From contig NC_045138.2 of NCBI RefSeq assembly GCF_008831285.2, positions 10,478,001 to 10,542,000 of the forward strand: a DNA stretch of 64,000 nt. Direction: 5' to 3'. Shown here piece by piece: positions 53,858 to 64,000 of the stretch. Position numbers and translations under genes: made by a program. The notes under the pieces are model-generated. The model was given only the letters and a program-made list of their open reading frames with translations. It did no database searches and had not been told where the DNA came from. Each line of letters opens with the position of its first letter. Positions within the stretch are counted from its first letter, which is position 1. Source of the stretch: Nymphaea colorata. Lineage: Eukaryota.

Positions 53858-55651
53858 AAAACAAAATTGTCTATAAAAAAATTTTCAAATTTACACTATC
53901 TACATTCGGTGCTAAGTAAAATACTAAAATCTAAATCAGTAAATGTTAAATGAGTAAATATTTACAATACACTCCAAACATTCGGTGCTAACAGTCATTG
54001 TGGCAAAACAGATCAAATTATGGACACTATAAAAACAGCAAACACAACAGAAATTAGTCATAAAAACATTCTAAGCAAGTAAACATTAAACAACATTATA
54101 ACTGTCATTGCAGCAAAACAAAAAATTGATGTAGATGAAAAACATTAACACTTTAACAATCAAACTCAAGCATATATAGTGTATACCATGAAAACAACAA
54201 ACAAATAATTACACATTTCAGAAAATAATCATTAAATCCTGAAAATCACAAAAAAGATCTGAAAAACAGTAAAACACATTGCAAATATGAGCAAATGCCA
54301 AACGGAGTTGCAACCATCATCCCCAAAAGATAAAGGTGACAAAAACAATAATCGAATTAAAGAGAAACAACAGTGAAAGACAAACACACAGGGGGCAGTA
54401 AGAAATCAACTAGATGGATCGCAGACTCGCAGCTGATTTTTTATACATTTTGGTGGAGACCCATCGGCCAGCGCCTCTATATTCCAAATGGAGATGGACC
54501 AGATGGTCTTGCGCTGGCTGCCTTGCGCCAAAGATGCGTTGAAGGGTGCTCTAGTTGTTGGAAGATAGCACGCCAGTCTCATGTCGCTGGAAAACTGTGA
54601 GGATCGCCGGGACACACACACAACAAGAAGGCACCTCAAGGGTGAACGAAGGGCTTTCAACTAAGTCAAAGCCCTAATCCCCCTTCTGGTTTTGTGTTTT
54701 AAACTTCTAACAAATGATAAAAAAATAAACAAAATGACAAATGTAGACTCGTCACGGTTGACATCACCTTACTCCAGTGTTGTATGTATCGTACGATACG
54801 TATCGTATCGTTTACAAAATACGATACGATACACCCCTGTATCGTAAATGGGGGGTGTATCGTACCTGTATCGTGCGATACGGGCCCCCGTATCGTACGA
54901 TACGGTGCGATACGGGGTGATTTCTAAAAACGGGGCTTGAACCCCATTTTTTCAAGTTTTTTTTTATAAAAACCCACCCCTAATTCATTTCTAATCTATA
55001 GATTGTACCGCCTTAGAGGGAAATCATCTATTTCCATTGTGAAATCATCGATTTTCACCGTAAAATCATCTATTAAACCATGGATTTGTGCATGGGTGGC
55101 TGATTCCCATTGGGAGGAAAGGGGTTTTTTTAGGAAAGGGGTTTTTTTAAACTTTGAAGATGAAGATGAAAAAGAATGATATTGTTATGAATTTTGATGT
55201 CTATGAAGTATGAATGATGAACCCTGAACGCGTAAGTTTATAGCATTTAGCAAAATAATAAGTCTATCATTATCTAAAAGACTAAAACATGTTTTCTATG
55301 AAGAATTTATTATTTTTAATTTTTTCTGATTTTTTATGAATTTTTCGATTTTTTTAATTTTTTCTGATTTATTATTATTATTTTTTAAAAATTTACGATA
55401 CGGTTATGATACGTTATGATACGGCGTATCTTAAAGCCGGACCGATACGGCTTATGATACGCGTTTTACAACATTGCCTGACTCACGTTTGACCCTAGTC
55501 GGGTGCGCACCAAAATTGAACAATCTTGGTTGGGTGCAGCTGACCATACCTGACTCTCGTTGATTGGCTTTGGGTGTGTGTCGGAGCCACACCTGAGTCC
55601 GCACCTGCATGACTCGGGTGGCACTGAAAATGCAGCGTCCGTGTGACATAG
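53720..55651. mobile_element. Non-autonomous hAT element, TIR family CTATGTCAC
   Basis: TIRs CTATGTCACA / TGTGACATAG. Perfect TSD CCTTTGAC. Confidence 0.92.
54775..55476. mobile_element. hAT MITE (702 bp), CGATAC-repeat family, inverted relative to 52795-53476
   Basis: TIRs CAGTGTTGTA / TACAACATTG. TSD CCTTACTC / CCTGACTC (7/8). Confidence 0.92.
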
Positions 55652-55964
55652 CCTTTGACATTTGGTACAAAGTTACAAACAATCACCATGTTGGAATTAA
55701 TCTGTTATGGAAAGTTGGAAAGCAATTCAGTTACTGAATTGGTTATTCTTAAGGAAGGAAGGTGAAAAGTCACCTTTCATGGACTAGGCATGGCCTACGC
55801 GCCAGACTAGGCACCAACACCAAACCCCTCACCTAAATCATGGACTTGGGCAGTCTGTGGACTCATGCCTAGTCCACGACTAGGCGTCGCCTTAACAAGT
55901 AAGGTCACAATATGAAACTCCATGCCATTCCGGCATGGGAGAAGTTATAATTGGAAAAAGAGCC

Positions 55965-57190
55965 TGCTGATAACGAATCTCAAGACCTTGAGAAGGAAAA
56001 GAGAAAACCTATTCACTCAATCGCTCAAAGGTGCACCAAGGCACAAACTAACAAATAAAATTAATATTGAATATAACATGGGAAAGAACAAGAAACATAC
56101 AAGAAAGGAAGAAGCCGTCAATATCCATTGGAGCCAGCCCAACAACTAGCATTGTGCACCGACAAATTACAAGAAAGAAACAGAAAAGTTACAAAAAATA
56201 GAGATAGAAAAGAAGAAACTACAAAAAAATGATGTCTAAATATCTTACAGTTTTAAAATATATCCTGACATCCACTCCTTAAACTTACTCTGCTATTGCT
56301 GAAAATTTGTTGAGGAGAAATTTAAACTCAGCACACAATGCTTTGGTGAAGTCTCCTTTGAAATTATGAGCCCACTTAATGGAGGTCAATGTGTTTTCCT
56401 TAAGTATTTTTGTTTTCCTTAAGTATTTTTCTCTGACAAAAATGACAGTCTATGACTGTGTACTATGTTTGCTCTTGAAAAATATGATTCTAGCTATATA
56501 AATTGAATCGTTATTATTACAATATAATTTTGTAGGTCACTCTAAACCAATAACCATTATCTTCTATCATTTGCACAAGCCATATAATTTCCATTGTTGC
56601 ATACCAATTGTTATATACTCTGCTTCAGTAGAAGATAAGAAACCCTTTGCTGTTTCTTGCATCTCAAGGATATAAGAGATTTTCTTAAAAAAACACAAAA
56701 ACTAGTAGTTGAATGGCTATTATTGGGATCTTCTACCAATTAGCATCAGTATAAACAATTGAATTTGAGTAAGATGAAGAAAGAACTCCTTTATTGATAG
56801 GTCCTTTGATATATCTCATGCTCCTTAGCACAACACTCATGTGAATCAAGGAAGGAGCATGTTGAAATTGGCTTACAATTTAAACATGAATTATATTGAG
56901 CCTTGTGATGTTGAGTGACACAAGTGATCTAACAAGTTGTCTATAACGTATCTTCAACTTTCATTTTCAAAGTTTCTATAACTTTGTTAGCTGAAAACCC
57001 CTGAACCACAATAATATATGAGGCAAGTTTTGTTTAGGATAAAATTTATCCTCTGGTAGAATAGGTAACTTCAATTCGTATAGGTTAAAAAACCGAGCTC
57101 TGTCATTTCAAACTTGTCTTTTGACAGGAATTTAATTTCCTTAATCTCCTCTATATTTCTGCCTATTATTAACATGTCATCCACACTAAT
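55965..57190 (-). mobile_element. Copia 3' relic (RT - RNase H - PPT - LTR)
   Basis: VDDMLIIG...KFEMTELG, SSTEAEY and FTKAL motifs. Polypurine-tract (PPT)-like AAGGAGTGGA is followed by TGTCAGG at 56270. Far LTR end uncertain. Confidence 0.72.
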
Positions 57191-59355
57191 AAAAAATAGA
57201 AAACTAGCCTTTGGGGCAGCCGAAAGGCTAGTATAGTGGAGCCACAAATTTAAAAATAACAGAAAAATCCCAAAAATAGAGACAAAAAATAAGAAAATAC
57301 AGAAAGATAATACAACATAATACAGTCCCACCTATGTATATATAGAGACACACACACAACAGCACTTGTATATACTCTAACAGTAGTTATCCTCCGACAA
57401 CTACTTCCCTGCAACTAGAGTTCTTTGGAGGAAAAATTTGGACGTCAGGGGTCAGGCTTTTTTCGCCTGGATAAGTAGACTTCTTTACCCTGGAATCTGG
57501 ATGAATGATCTAACGTTAATTTGCCTGGATGAATTACCCACATTTAATTGCACTCTGAGGGCCACTGTTGAAACCGATGGTTCCTGGATGGTGGCGAAAC
57601 TGCAGTTTGGTTGATCATTATCCTTTTTTCCTTTCATATTCCTCTTCTCTTCCTCGTTGCTACTATGATTCCAGGCTTTATGGATGTCAAGCTTTCAGGG
57701 TAATTTGTTCCTCTTGAAGAGTGTGCTTCTCCATTGTTGTCCTCCTTGTTCTCCTTGCTGCTTCATCTTCATTAGCTTCTTCATGTCCTTCCACTTTTCC
57801 AATTTTCCACTTTTGTGTTATTTTTTCTTTCATTGTCTTTTTCCTCGGACTGCTGAATATTCAGATATGCTTGGGTAAGGAACCTGTCCGGTCTTCATCT
57901 TGTTTATGGTCATCTTCATCATTGTTCTGTCAATCTTTACTTATTTTATTTTATTTGTTCCTATGGTGTTCAGTACTTGGACCTGCATGGTGCTGAATTT
58001 ATTCATTTGAATGCCACTTATTGTTCATCCCGAGTATATCAGACTTCTTCTGGTTCTGGAATTTACTTGCCCGAACCATTATTTTCATTCCCTTATTTCT
58101 TGCTTTCATAAGAGAGATATGCTCTAAAGAAACTATCAATTTTAGTGCCAAATAATAAAAGAAACAAAGTGGCAAACGTAGTGTAATTTAGTTAATTATA
58201 CTGTGTATGACTTAAAACTACAGTGTTGCACCTGTAGCCTCACTTGCATGGTGCCAAGCCCATTGTAAATATAACTGTGTTGTCTGCTTGATAAAGATTT
58301 TCAGTCATCTTGCATTCTCTTTAACACTAGATCTTCCTGGCTCTTCTTTAAAGAAGGGACTCTCAGTGTCTCAATTTAGTTGGTGTTCATAGAATGGAGA
58401 TATATAGCAAGAAATACCTACCAGAATTTGTTAATCACCGCCAGCACCACCTTTTTTTGTTTGCAATTTGAATGATCAGCATAGTGGTTATTTCCTCCTT
58501 GTCAAAAGCATGTGGAGACGCCAGGAGTAAACTTATGATCTTCCGTTCTGTTCTTTGTTTTTTTAATATCCTATTTCCTTATTCTATTTTCTTTAGTTCT
58601 TGTAGTGTTTATTACTTGGACCTGCATGGTGTTGAAGTTGCTCACTTGATCCAGTTTTCTTAACTCATTGTTTCTACTGATTACTTGGATCTCTTCTGAA
58701 ATTTGGTTGCTAAAGCAATATTCTCCCTCATTTATTACCTGCCATCAGAGGAGGGCATGTAAATCTGCTCTGCTTTGAACATACTTCGAAATATCCATCC
58801 TACGGGATTTCAGATCTGGTTGAATAAGGGACATGGTTCTTAACCAGTCTTTTCTTGCTTGTTCTCTTGCTCTGTAACATGGATAAAAGGTGTAGCTGCA
58901 GTGTGGTTTACTTCTCTCTACAGTCTACACACATACACAGACATGCAAAGAGTAACAAGTTCAGTAATCAAAAGAATAGGAAAGCGAATACTAAATTTAA
59001 TTTAGTTAACTATTGGGTATATAACATTAAATACAAAGTGCTGCACTTGCAGCCTCGGCTGTGTCATATCTAGCTGCCATAGTAATCTCATGTCTGTAGG
59101 ATACTCACAATATCAAGGACCTCTCTGTCGTATATCTGTGTTGTTCTTGATAAAAATACAGTATGGTGAGGCCGCAGATTATATCTGGGGATTTTTAGTA
59201 TTCAGACCACATGGGGGATATTACCAACATGTGGAGGCCTAACTATGTTTTTCATAATTGATTTTGCCAAAGCTGCTATTTAGCTTATTTGCAATATTTC
59301 GGTATCTGGGGTTCATTTATTTATTTATTTCTCATAATTGTCATGTTTCTTTCAG

Positions 59356-59487
59356 ATCCGTGCCTTAGAGAAGAGGAAAAAGGGTGGGAAATATGCCATG
59401 AAGATAAAAGCAAAAACGAAAAGGAAGATTCATCAAATGTCAAACCCATTGGAGCGAGATGAATTTGCTGATCTGTGGAAGGAGTAG
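59356..59487 (+). CDS. BRX1: BRX1 exon 8 (terminal)
   Basis: ttcag|IRALEKRKKGGKYAMKIKAKTKRKIHQMSNPLERDEFADLWKE* (not in the ORF track). Confidence 0.94.
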   Translation: MRALEKRKKGGKYAMKIKAKTKRKIHQMSNPLERDEFADLWKE

Positions 59488-60879
59488 TTAATTCATCCTG
59501 CTCTCCGTTCGGTTCGTATTAACAACAAATAGTGTCAGAATGGAAGTCATCTTTTTCTTGAGTTGTAGCTGTATCAATTTTGTTCATCTTTGTTTTCCTT
59601 TCTCCTCCTCTTTCCAGTGGCTTTTAGGTTTGCAGGAAACTTGTGCAAATGATATATTTATAAAATTGTAGCAAAAAATAGCATTTTTATTTGTTCACAT
59701 CAGCAGCCAGGCACTAGCTCTGGTCTCATACTTGGGAGTCAAATCTTGGCAGAAAATGGCATTTTTTTGACGGTTCATTACCTTGTTCACATACCTTGGT
59801 TTCTTCTGGCGTATATGTGTATACAAAAATGTTCAGGTTGAACTGTTTAGTAAAAAATTAACACTGAAGTCACAAACGTGACCCGTCTCTTTTTTTCTTT
59901 TCTGTCAATAATGCAAGGTCCGGCACATGACTGCTGTGCGAAACTTGGGCTAACGCTCAGCATGGGGAGTGGCCTGTCAGGACCTGAGTTGAGCTCAGTA
60001 TATGAGAATAAATATATTTTTTTGGTGACAGGCTACTCAACTTGGGCTATATAACATTCAAAATCAAATGGGAAGCCTATTAACGTGTCCAAGTCAATGA
60101 AGCAACAGCATTACCTGTCAATCCCCACAGCCACTACGGCAGAGGGAAGAGGAAAGAATTTCAACATTCTTTTCAGCCAGCAGAGCTAGGAAAACCAAAT
60201 GTAAGCTTCAGGACATTGATGACTTGGGTGTACGTCCCCCTAAAAGCTCCACTTTCACCATGGTAGGAATTGTTTGCGAGTTTTTTTGTCATTCCTTGAA
60301 ATTTTAATGAATTTGAAAAAAACTGTAGTTAGAAGTGATCTGTACCGAACTCTCAACCATCTTTCTGTGTCCTAGACACGTAACTGCGCTAAAGCGACAT
60401 GGCGGCCATTCTAGCCCATTTTCTTTGCCATTCTAGCCCATTTTCCTTTCTTGGAGGGCCGTCAACATCATGCACGCAATGGCATCGCATGGATGTTCCA
60501 CTAACCTCACTTTAGAATGGACTGAAGAGACTGTCCAGAAAACCCAGACTGCGCTGTTTGTCCCCTCTCGATGGACTCCTAGACAGGCACGTATCAGTTG
60601 CACACATTGAGTGAAACTGGTAAGGGGCGCACACACACACACACACACACAAACAATGTTGTTGCTTTACACAGGTTGGTTCAGCGAGTGGAGGACTAGG
60701 ACAGTACTTGGAACTCCAATTGAAGGGTCGCTTTTCTCAATTGGGCATTAAAGGGGGGAAAGGACCAGGTCACATGCAATCAGGAAAAAGGTATTTATAG
60801 GAAGATGAAAACTGGTCTTATTCCAGACCGCTCTCGCTTTGTTCTCCCTTCAAAGCCTCTCTTGGGCATAACTTGACGT

Positions 60880-61900
60880 CACTTAGCCTTAGGATGATAC
60901 TATGTTTCAATTCAAGGAATATACTACTTGCCATCAGACGTTTAGGACAAATTTAATGGCCACTAAACTGAGAAAGCTCATGCTCAAGTTTGATTCATAT
61001 AAAAGCAACATCAACATACTGTGAAAAAACATCTCTAGTAAACGATAAATATGATTGGAGAACTTAAATCTGTAGGACATCCCCTGACTGATAACAGATT
61101 CGGCAGTTATAAGATCATTGACAAAAAGCTGGGAATACATGAAAATAAACGACACAATGAAAACTTCAAAATTTTTCATTTGGAGCTAGAATATGAGTGC
61201 TTGGAAGTACCAAATATAGCAGTCAACCTTTGTGGTAGGGAAGGCAAGGAAGATTCCCAATTTCAAAAGAAAAAGGGCAAATGGTCTTGAGGGATACAAA
61301 TGAAAACATACAAAAGAACAAGGCAAAGAAGAGACTAATAAAAAGTGGAGACACTATGGAAAGCATGACAATAAATGGCAATAAGTAAGAGAAGAAAGAC
61401 AGTAAATGCTTCAACAATGGTAAGTTTAGCCATTTTGTACAAAAGTGTAGCGAATCAAAGAATGTACAAATCTGTATATTTAAGTAACTTTTTACTCTTT
61501 TATCCCTAGTTGCGTTCTGATTGTTAAACCTTATCTCATGTGGATTGCAGACTTTGAAGCAACTGACCATATGACGCATGATCACAATATGTTTGTTGAT
61601 TATCGAAAGTTTCTAATGGTAAAAAGATGGTTATTTGTGGGAAATAACAGTCGTTAAAAAGTTTGAGGGATTTGAGACTTGCAAACTAGATTTGTCAAGC
61701 AGATGAAACTTGTTTTAGCATGATGTGCTTCATGTTCCCAATATTCAATGAAATTTACTCTGTCGATTATAAACTTATTTTGAAGAAAAATTCAGTGCAT
61801 ATTTTATTTAAAAACGCTATTTCATATTATGGTGTGATAATGAATGGTATATTCATTTTAAATAATCATGATGCATACTATGTGGATGATAGATATTTTA
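60880..61900 (+). pseudogene. Copia gag - zinc knuckle - protease relic
   Basis: ATKLRKLMLKFDSYK, MIGELKSVGHPLTD, HNENFK..HLELE, KCFNNGKFSHFVQKC, WIADFEATDHM...VGNNSR...TCKLDL...HDVLHVPNIQ*NLL. Confidence 0.75.
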
Positions 61901-62418
61901 ATTCCCCGCATATGTGAATGTAACCATGTGCCATGCTCTCCTAGAGCATATTGAACAAAAAAGAATGTATAACCACACTTGTAAGGGACTATTAGGATCT
62001 TGTGCACTGGCCATCAATCACCTGATGCATGTGCATTAGGCCATGATGTACACGCATCAAGGCAAGACGCACCACCCATGAAGGTTGGTGTGTTCTGCTG
62101 GGTGGTGCGTCTGATGCACACACATCTAATAACATTGATTCACATCTCAAATAAAAATAAAAAGCGCGAATTCTATCAATGCGTCGTTTGCTAAAAGAAT
62201 CTGAAAAAAAAAAGAAAATAGGATAGTCTTAAGCAAGATCAATTCAAGCGCGAGGCTTGATGGACAAGGTCAATTCAAGCTATCCAACTTAGAAAACCTC
62301 CAGCCTCCCCACTTGGAAAACCTTGGTGACGGCGTTGTGATCTTGTGGAGCTATAGCAAGCAGAGGGCAGCCCACACCAAATTCATTTTAATTTTGAACT
62401 TTAAATATGCTAAATTAT

Positions 62419-62433
62419 TGGGCCTAATGGGCC
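62419..62433 (+). promoter_or_regulatory. Paired site II (TGGGCC) motifs upstream of riboflavin synthase
   Basis: TGGGCCTAATGGGCC ~370 bp before the ATG. Confidence 0.4.
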
Positions 62434-62680
62434 GCGACTGGCTGACCGTCAACCTGTTACATTGTATGGGGGCACAGGCCACAGTGCCCAAGCCCCGGTC
62501 GGCGAGGTATTAGGTCCCTGTCGGCGGCCCATGCGGGTGCCCAACCCTCGGTTCCCACGTGAATCTCGCACACCTTTTCTTTCTTTCTGTTTTTCTGTTG
62601 TTGTTGTTTTTTTTTTCCGCCTAACGCTGACCCTGTATTCTGCTGCCCAGCGTAGACACAGACAGAGGGAGAGAGAGAAA

Positions 62681-62753
62681 GGCAATTCGATTGAGAGAGG
62701 GAGAGAGAAGTGCAATTCGATTTTGAGAGGGACAGAGAAGGGCAATTTGATTG
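62681..62753 (+). repeat. 30-bp tandem repeat (~2.4 copies) in the riboflavin synthase 5' region
   Basis: GGCAATTCGATTGAGAGAGGGAGAGAGAAG / TGCAATTCGATTTTGAGAGGGACAGAGAAG / GGCAATTTGATTG. Confidence 0.8.
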
Positions 62754-62799
62754 TCTTAGCTCATCTTCGATTGATTTTTTTGCGGAAGGAGAGGAAAGA

Positions 62800-63603
62800 A
62801 TGGCTACTCTCCGCAATTACTTTCTTGTAACCCCTGCTTTCAGAACTACATTGAGGTCCGCCTTCATCCATCCAGTAAGCTACCACCACCAGCACCCCAA
62901 CTTGTCATCCATTATCCGCCTTCTCTCAAACAGAGGCAGCAGAAGCACCAGAGAAGGCCGCCACTCAACGACGAGGGTGAGATGCTTGTTCACGGGCATC
63001 GTAGAAGAGATGGGGAGGGTGGAGGAGTTGGGCCCTTCCTCTGCCGGCGGCTTCGACATGAGGATATCCGCCCAGGTGGTTGTCGACGACGTCAAGCTCG
63101 GCGACAGCATTGCCGTCAACGGCACTTGCCTTACCGTCACGTCCTTCTCTCTGAACGATTTCACAGTCGGCCTCGCCCCGGAGACTCTGCGCAAGACGTC
63201 CTTAGCTGAACTCTCCTCCGGCTCGGCCGTCAACCTAGAGCGTGCCGTCCTGCCCTCTACCAGGATGGGCGGCCACTTTGTCCAGGGCCACGTCGATGGC
63301 ACCGGTGAAATCGTTGCCAAAGAGGTGGAAGGAGACTCCTTGTGGGTGAAGGTGAGGACGGGGCCGGATCTCCTAAAGTATATCGTCCCCAAAGGGTTCA
63401 TCGCCGTCGATGGAACTAGCTTGACGGTTGTGAAGGTTTTCGATGACGAGGAATGCTTCAATTTTATGCTGGTCGCCTACACGCAGCAGAAGGTGGTGAT
63501 TCCATTGAAGAAGGTGGGGCAGAAGGTGAATTTGGAGGTCGATATTCTCGGCAAGTATGTCGAGCGCCTCGTCAGTGTTGGTGGGTTCAGACATTTGTCT
63601 TAA
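62800..63603 (+). CDS. Riboflavin synthase (alpha type; RibC/RIB5 family), probable plastid precursor, 267 aa, intronless CDS
   Basis: MATLR... Ser/Thr/Arg-rich presequence, then LFTGIVEEMG, GDSIAVNGTCLTV, VNLERA, GGHFVQGHVD, KGFIAVDGTSLTV and VNLEVDILGKYVE (two lumazine-binding repeats). Confidence 0.97.
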   Translation: MATLRNYFLVTPAFRTTLRSAFIHPVSYHHQHPNLSSIIRLLSNRGSRSTREGRHSTTRVRCLFTGIVEEMGRVEELGPSSAGGFDMRISAQVVVDDVKLGDSIAVNGTCLTVTSFSLNDFTVGLAPETLRKTSLAELSSGSAVNLERAVLPSTRMGGHFVQGHVDGTGEIVAKEVEGDSLWVKVRTGPDLLKYIVPKGFIAVDGTSLTVVKVFDDEECFNFMLVAYTQQKVVIPLKKVGQKVNLEVDILGKYVERLVSVGGFRHLS

Positions 63604-64000
63604 TCAAGGTGATCTTCTCTTTTTTCTTTCCCTACATATTTTGTCTGGATGAGGGGAAGGAATGTTTTGGCTTGTGGTTCATGCTGCCGTTTTTTCATAT
63701 GATAGTTGAAAAACTCGTTGATGAAGCATAGGTTGAATGGTCTATTGAGCTTTTATGGTGCCTTAGATTTTATCATGAGTATTCTTCTTCTCCTCTTGTT
63801 CATGCCTTGAAGACGGGAATCTGCATTTGGGAAAACCTTCCTATTCGTTGTCTTAGTTTTAGTGATGTACTTGTGGGTAAACATCTTATCGTTGCTCCGC
63901 AAATACTGCGAAGTCTTGAGTCTTCGCAATAGGGGTAAATGCGCTGAACAATAGAAGGATATTGATTTGTTTTCTTTCATTTTTAATGTCTGAGATACAG

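Larger units (their letters stand above)
52411..55903. mobile_element. Non-autonomous hAT element hosting three further insertions
   Basis: TIRs CTTAGTTGTCAAGG / CCTTAACAAGTAAG. Perfect TSD GTCACAAT. CCTAGGCG subterminal repeats. Confidence 0.88.

Noticed and set aside
57203..57240. Rho-independent terminator
   Set aside because: Eukaryotic intron context. Kept only as an unexplained hairpin.
62710..62799. N-terminal extension of riboflavin synthase in the ORF track
   Set aside because: It starts at GTG inside a tandem repeat. The first ATG, in good context (AGAATGG), is at 62800.
62880..63461. 193-aa antisense ORF
   Set aside because: Shadow of the GC-rich codon usage of riboflavin synthase, with no independent motifs.
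62800..63603. Recent bacterial horizontal transfer or contamination
   Set aside because: It has a transit-peptide-like leader and a plant promoter context, and plants natively encode this enzyme.

Overview
Eukaryotic (flowering-plant) nuclear DNA, not prokaryotic. Positions 1-37125 are a block of decayed retrotransposons. It holds two convergent copies of one Ty3/Gypsy Tat/Ogre-type family: element 1 on + (<1-14340) and element 2 on - (22467-37125, with a target-site duplication, TSD). Each has an extra plant-mobile-domain (PMD) ORF1, gag-protease-G-patch, RT-RH-aRH-INT, an Arg-type primer-binding site (PBS) and a short 3' hairpin repeat array. Element 1 is inserted into a Ty1/Copia element, and CACTA/hAT remnants lie between the two Ogre copies. 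Positions 38587-59487 hold an 8-exon BRX1 (Brix-domain ribosome biogenesis) gene of 315 aa. Its intron 1 is an in-frame GC-AG intron, and introns 4 and 7 are packed with hAT elements, including a three-level nest with intact 8-bp TSDs. A Copia gag/protease relic and an intronless plastid riboflavin synthase gene (62800-63603) follow. The most unusual items are the hairpin/splice-donor array at the Ogre 3' end, a four-piece templated repair scar, a precise 85-bp fold-back palindrome and the in-frame GC-AG intron. All calls are by eye; no database search was run, and I cannot claim a confirmed new biological system.
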